Shown here: positions 57,930 through 64,000 of the stretch, in pieces
Numbering within the stretch: position 1 is the first letter of the stretch
Layout: every line of letters starts with the position of its first letter
Assembly: GCF_009914755.1 (NCBI RefSeq)
Contig: NC_060927.1
DNA length: 64,000 bases
Reading direction: 5' to 3' (one strand)
Source of the DNA: the human T2T-CHM13v2.0 reference genome, Homo sapiens
The notes under the pieces: model-generated
Told to the model about the DNA's origin: nothing
The model's database searches: none
What the model saw: only the letters and a program-made list of their open reading frames with translations
Program-made: the position numbers and the translations under genes

Positions 57930-58117
57930 GGCTCTGGTTCTGTGGCCGAAATGAACAACTTACTGGACAATATTGCAAAGGCAACAATAGAGGTATTCCA
58001 GCAGTCTGCAGACCTAAATAATTCTTCTAATTCTGGCATGAGCCTCTTCAACCCAAACAGTATTGGAAGTGCTGATACAAGTAGCACGAGACAGAATGGA
58101 ATAAAGACATTCCTAAG
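57930..58117 (+). CDS. MED12L: MED12L internal exon (14th) GSGSVAEMNNLLDNIAKATIEVF...KTFL
   Basis: aactctAG / AG|GTATTT; 188 nt, phase 0 to 2; follows a 116-nt intron. Confidence 0.93.
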
Positions 58118-58840
58118 GTATTTTTGTCTGTTGTTTTATTGAACTGTCATGAATTTTTCACAAGTAACGGTAAATTTTGTGTAGCACAGTGATTTTTCTT
58201 TAAGTCATAGGAATGTGAAGAACATAGTTACTTGTAAGCAGGGGTTATTATTAATAAGTTAATGAGTAAAGCTGGGGTGAATGATAGCTTCGGAATATTT
58301 GATTGAGTAGGCTTAAACACCTTGAAACTGCAGGTGAACTCAGGTTTGGTTCATGCTTTCAGTGTCCCTTAGTCTACTGTGTTACGTAGTATTCATTATA
58401 TGGGAAACGCTTTTTCCACCATTTTTATTAATTAATTATTTTGCACAAATATATCCTGGTAATTTTTGTGCAGAATTAGAACCAGTAGGCATATAAAGTC
58501 TTAAAGTAATTATTTAATCATGAAAGGCTGATTTGTATTTCATCATTTTGGTATAAAGTATAACTAGCGAATTTTAAACCTTAAAAATTAGCTATTAGTA
58601 TGCTTACATATAATATTTCATATTGTAACTGTGACAGAAAAGTATATTGTTTGTTGGACAAAGTGATTGTTTTTAATTAGAGAGAGGGGGTCATCGGAAA
58701 ACATTAAAGTCAGTTTAGTTACAATATCCTTCCAGAACTGCATGTTTTATTGCTTTCTGTAGGCTTAGGTGGAAAGCTCATGCAAATGTCTAGTGTTCGG
58801 AAAAAGGAAAGATAATACAGAAATAAAAGGGAAATTTTAG

Positions 58841-59146
<306 letters not shown>

Positions 59147-59784
59147 TAAAGAATAATTGAGAAAGTCTCACTTCCTGTAAACCTGTGTGGTCACTGTACC
59201 CACAGTCCACTGAAATTTAGTTTTTAAATGGAACTGGGAATATTCTATTAGGCAAGGCTGTCTTATTCCTAAAAAATTTCAGGTTATAATCCTTAATACA
59301 TTAGTTCTCAATTCTGCCTTTATATCCAAATCACTGCTGAACTGTTAAAAACAGTGATTTCCGAGACCCGCTTTAGACCAACTGAATCAGATCTGGATAG
59401 CTACCTGATCCCTGTATTTTATTTTTAATTATTTCTATTTTTTTATTATTTAGATATTTATGTTTAAAATAAATATAATGTATAATTCTGGCATGTTGGT
59501 GTCTGAACTAGTTGCTCATATTTTTAACATTTAGGGCTCCTGTTCTAGACTAGACATTAAGACTCCTCGGCCACCACAACTAATGTTTTCTTAATTTATT
59601 TTATGCCCAAGAAAAGGTTTCAAGTAATTATATTTGAAAACCGTGTTACTGAGAAAGAAAGAAACCTCACCCTAATGTGAAAATGCCAAGAAACCTAGGA
59701 GTAAAGGAAAAAAATTGATAATTTCTTCCATTAAAAAAATATTTTAAGCACATAGATTTCTTGTCCACTAATGAATAATACTAT

Positions 59785-60030
59785 AGTAGCCACCATTTAT
59801 TGACTGCTTACAGAATGGCAACTCCTCTCTAAAACTCATTATGTACATGAGCTTTTAAAATTCTTATAGCAATCATGTGGTAGGTACTCTCATTATCTTC
59901 TTTATATCATGTTGAAACAGACACTTAAAGGTTACATGAGTTGCTCCAGGACACACAGTGAAGGACATAAAGCCTGGGTTTAAATCCAGGAGGTCTGGCT
60001 TCTGAGCTTGTGCTCTTAACTACAGTACAT
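59785..60030 (-). mobile_element. MIR
   Basis: accatttattgactgcttac...gtggtaggtactctcattat...aggtctggcttctgagcttgtgctcttaac. Confidence 0.7.
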
Positions 60031-61051
60031 TTTGGTAGAGACCCAGCATTGTATGTACTGTATTTGTTTTACATCTGGTTGTTTTACCATGTTGGCCAGG
60101 ATTAATTAACCAACAAGGAAGCATAATTCTAATTTTCAAATCATATTTGCTGATAGGTGAGTGTATGTGCATTGCCTAACTTCCCATAGGCAGGACAGAT
60201 GGTATTGAAGAGACTTGAAAGATCGCTCTTCCCACATCAGGGGCTCTTTATTCTGCCCATGGAGAATAATGCTGATTGAAATATTTTGGCCTAGGTCTCA
60301 TTTTAAGAAATTTGTCTTTCCAACATGGCGCTTTGTTTGTCAATATGATTTGTTGATTATTCTCTAATTGAAGACATTTTGTTAAAATGCCAATTTAAAA
60401 CAGAATTTTTAACCAAATGCCTTGACACCTCTTTACCAGTGGATGCTGCGGGCTATGTTGGAGCCTGTGGGCTGTGTTGGAGCTGCACACTAGGGGTCGC
60501 CAGCAAGTACACTGTTTTTGGAGTCCTCAGCCCTGGCTGATGAATTAGCTCTACTAACACCCTGCTTTTTGGTCTTGGGAAATGTGCTGAAAAACAAAAT
60601 CAAACCCCAAAACAAGCTCAACAGACATATATATAGGCCTGTTTTCCCAGACTCTAAAACAAGAGTTTTATATGAGAACTTTAAAAATTTTTAATTTTAT
60701 CCTGTGTATAAATTGATATTCTTTCTGATGTACATTTTTAAATTCTGCATATTGATGTAGAAGATGAATTCACTGTCTTCTACCCTCACTGCCCGGCATG
60801 CTCACATGCAGTATGGATTGATGCTAGTTTGAGAATGGCTTCGAGGGCAATTAGAGCATACGAAGTGATTTAGAAGCATTACAGTGGCTTTTAATTTTAT
60901 AAGTAGAGGTATGATTTAAATTTTCAAGCAGTCTTTGGCTATTTACCACCTCTCTTATTTATCTAATAGTGAGGCAAAGAAATGAATGTTGCCAGAGGAA
61001 GTAATGCATTATTTCTAACTAGATCTGTTGTTATTATTACTTCCTTTGTAG

Positions 61052-61163
61052 TATGTCTCTTTTGAGTCAACAACCCTTCCTCTCACTGGTACTTACCTGC
61101 CTTAAGGGACAAGATGAACAAAGGGAAGGCCTCCTAACATCTCTCCAGAATCAAGTTAACCAG
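61052..61163 (+). CDS. MED12L: MED12L internal exon (16th) [28 protein letters not shown]...VNQ
   Basis: cctttgtAG / CAG|GTAAAG; 112 nt, phase 2 to 0. Confidence 0.95.
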
Positions 61164-61243
61164 GTAAAGTATAGTATAATATTAAGACAGGCAAATATCT
61201 TTCTAACGGCATTCATTTATTTGCCTTTCAAATACTGAGATTA

Positions 61244-61556
<313 letters not shown>

Positions 61557-62269
61557 CTAGTAAGGTTACAAAATGTTTTGAGTAGACGCTGAGAAACAAT
61601 CCATGCCTTATTCTTCTACCTGGCATTGTAGACACCACAAGATTAACAACTTTATATTAATGAGATATATACAATAAATGTGTACTGCCTATAAAAGTAA
61701 AATTTTATATATTGCATATAACTTTGAACTATCTGCCCGTCTCCTAACTCTGCCTCATAGGAGAGGACCTGGAGCAATCTATGCTGCAGTAGGCATGGCA
61801 GTGAGTCCAGCTCCTCAAGCTTGGATGCCACATTATCAGGCACGCTTTCAGCTTGAAATCTGTAGGTTCAGAAACTCAGTTGTATTGATGCCAACCAAGT
61901 ACACAAGAAATAAATCAGAAGGCATGTTGGTTTATTTAGAAATAATTTGGACATTGCCTTTTCACCAAACACAGTTCTCCTGGTCACTGTTTGAGGCTCT
62001 TGCATCTATGTACTATAAGGAAACTGAGCATTCACAACAGAAATTGGAGAGCATGGAATTAAGCAAAGTGGATAGATTGGTCTTATGAGGTGTTTTATCC
62101 TGATACACAGCCTAATTGACCCCTTCTTGTGGCACTGTGTTTCTATGACACCATGTCTTTCCCTCGAATGGTACTAGATGGACATGGACAAGGACACTTA
62201 ATCTTATTTGATCCTCTTGTCATTTCTCACCTTTTGGGTAGGAGAGATCTAGATATAGCAATCATAGTG

Positions 62270-62715
62270 AACCTTTTTAAATGGAAGTCACATATTACCT
62301 CAGTATACCTAGTATAAAAAATTCGGGCTGATAAGGCCAGACATGATTTGACACTGGCTCTCTCTCCTACCTTGTCTCCTACCAGTCATGGCCCTCTTTC
62401 CTCCATGGTTGTTGCACTGGCCATGTTACTGTTCTTGAACTTGCTGAGCAAATTCTCATTTCAGTGCCTGTGCATCTTTTCTTCCCTTTAGGTGGAAAGA
62501 TTCCCTTCCAGAGATTAGCATGGCCTGCTCCCTTCATTCAGTTCTCTGTTAAGATGTTACCTCCTTCGGGAGGCCTTTGATCACCTCTAAAAATAGGACC
62601 ACAGCCATTCTGTATGCCATTGCCATGCCTCAAACCACTTGTTACACTTAGTTTTATTTGTCCCACTACTATTATTTGAGCTCCATGAGAGCTTGTTGTT
62701 TAGTTAACTACCTTG
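62270..62715 (+). mobile_element. L2 fragment
   Basis: cactggccatgttactgttcttgaac...tggcctgctcccttcattcag...tgagctccatgagag. Confidence 0.65.
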
Positions 62716-63593
62716 CCCCCTTAAGCCAGCCTTAGGGAGGGGTTCATTTCTTCTGATGAGATTTGGGAAGTGCTTTCCTCTCACCTTGCAGGGTACTTAC
62801 AGGTCATCTGTTGGGATGGAGTACTTCTGCATGTGACTCATTTGAACTCTTTTAAGATGACTCTCATTAATGACCATATTTCAGAGCATGGTAGGGTTTT
62901 TGTTAGTGGTTTTTTGTTTTTGTTTTGAATTGCACTTTTTTTTTGCTCATCTCATCTGATTTTAGGGTGTTGCCCACTTGTGGCTCCCTTTCCTAAGCAA
63001 ATTTTTCCTTTTCCAGCATTAGTGTGAGTCAGTGAGGAAGTGAAGAAGCAGCCCACTTTATAAACTGATAAAGCCACTTGGCTGATGTCTGCAATGCCAT
63101 ATTTTTCAAAGTACCGTGCGTTCTCTTTATCAAGGAAGACACATACATAAGATAGCAGACCTTCTCTTCTATAAAACATCAAAATAATACATTTGCTAGG
63201 GTTCAGCAAGTCCCTAGAAATATAACAGGACTGAGGCAAAATGTAATTCTCTCTCTCCAGTGTTTTTCTTCGTAAGATCAATGAGGTAATGTATTTTAAA
63301 AGTTTTTATTAATGCTTAATTTGATGGCCCTCTCAAGCATTTTCCCAGACTTAATCATAGGCTAGCTATATAATTATATAAGATTTTCTTCCTCCACCTA
63401 GAACGGCAAATGCACAAATAAATAGCCAGATTTCTTTCTGCATGGAGGAAGAAGAAAGCTAAAATTTTATTTAGCTTTGTTTGTTAATTTGTTAAAGATA
63501 AGAAGTGGTTTTTTGCTATCAGTATAAAGCTCAATTTATCTTTAAATGAGAGAAAAATTAAACTTTAATGGGGAGTTTTTTTCCGGATCTTAG

Positions 63594-63683
63594 ATTTTAA
63601 GTAACTGGAGAGAAGAACGATACCAAGATGACATAAAAGCGCGGCAGATGATGCACGAAGCATTGCAACTCCGCCTAAATTTG
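63594..63683 (+). CDS. MED12L: MED12L internal exon (17th) ILSNWREERYQDD...ALQLRLNL
   Basis: gatcttAG / TTG|GTAAGT; 90 nt, phase 0 to 0. Confidence 0.94.
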
Positions 63684-64000
63684 GTAAGTGACATTTCTAG
63701 TATTTTCCCTCCATTAAACATATTTACATGTGAAAATACCTCCAGCTTTCCACTTCTCCTAAGTGCAAAGTCTGCATTACAAGGTGAGGCCTTCCACTCT
63801 TTGCTCTCTGTAATTACTTCCCTGTTTCTAAAGCCTTCTGTTTCCCTTGCTGCTTTCCTTCCTGTCTGGTCAGACATCTAGACAGTGCTAGGTATTTTAA
63901 GCATAGATTTGCCTTCTCTACCTCTACCCCAGTGAATCTCTCCTTCTCTTCAGTTTGTGCTAAGAATAAATCTGAGAAGACTGTTATAAGTGTTAGCTTC

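Overview
Human-like genomic DNA from the MED12L / P2Y-receptor cluster (3q25, recognised from the protein sequences). The + strand carries 17 consecutive internal coding exons of MED12L (31039-63683). All have GT-AG boundaries and compatible phases, and they join into one 2430-nt (810-codon) open frame. They follow the last 31 kb of a very large intron. Nested on the - strand in that intron are two ADP-receptor GPCR genes: P2RY13 (CDS 10529-10482 plus 10008-8992, 354 aa) and P2RY12 (5'UTR exon 21761-21597, CDS 19845-18817, 342 aa). The rest is intronic DNA with Alu, L1, L2, MIR and DNA-transposon relics. This is a well-studied locus and I see no wholly new biological system. The best leads are: an Alu-tail (ATTTT)(ATTTC)n array in the sense of MED12L that resembles the FAME/SCA37 motif; a MED12L exon that begins with a perfect donor (recursive-splice candidate); a shared splice architecture that could place P2Y13 under the P2RY12 promoter; an L2-donated poly(A) signal; a young AluYa-type insertion; and several footprints of unusual mutational events. 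Repeat family calls were made by eye and their boundaries are approximate.
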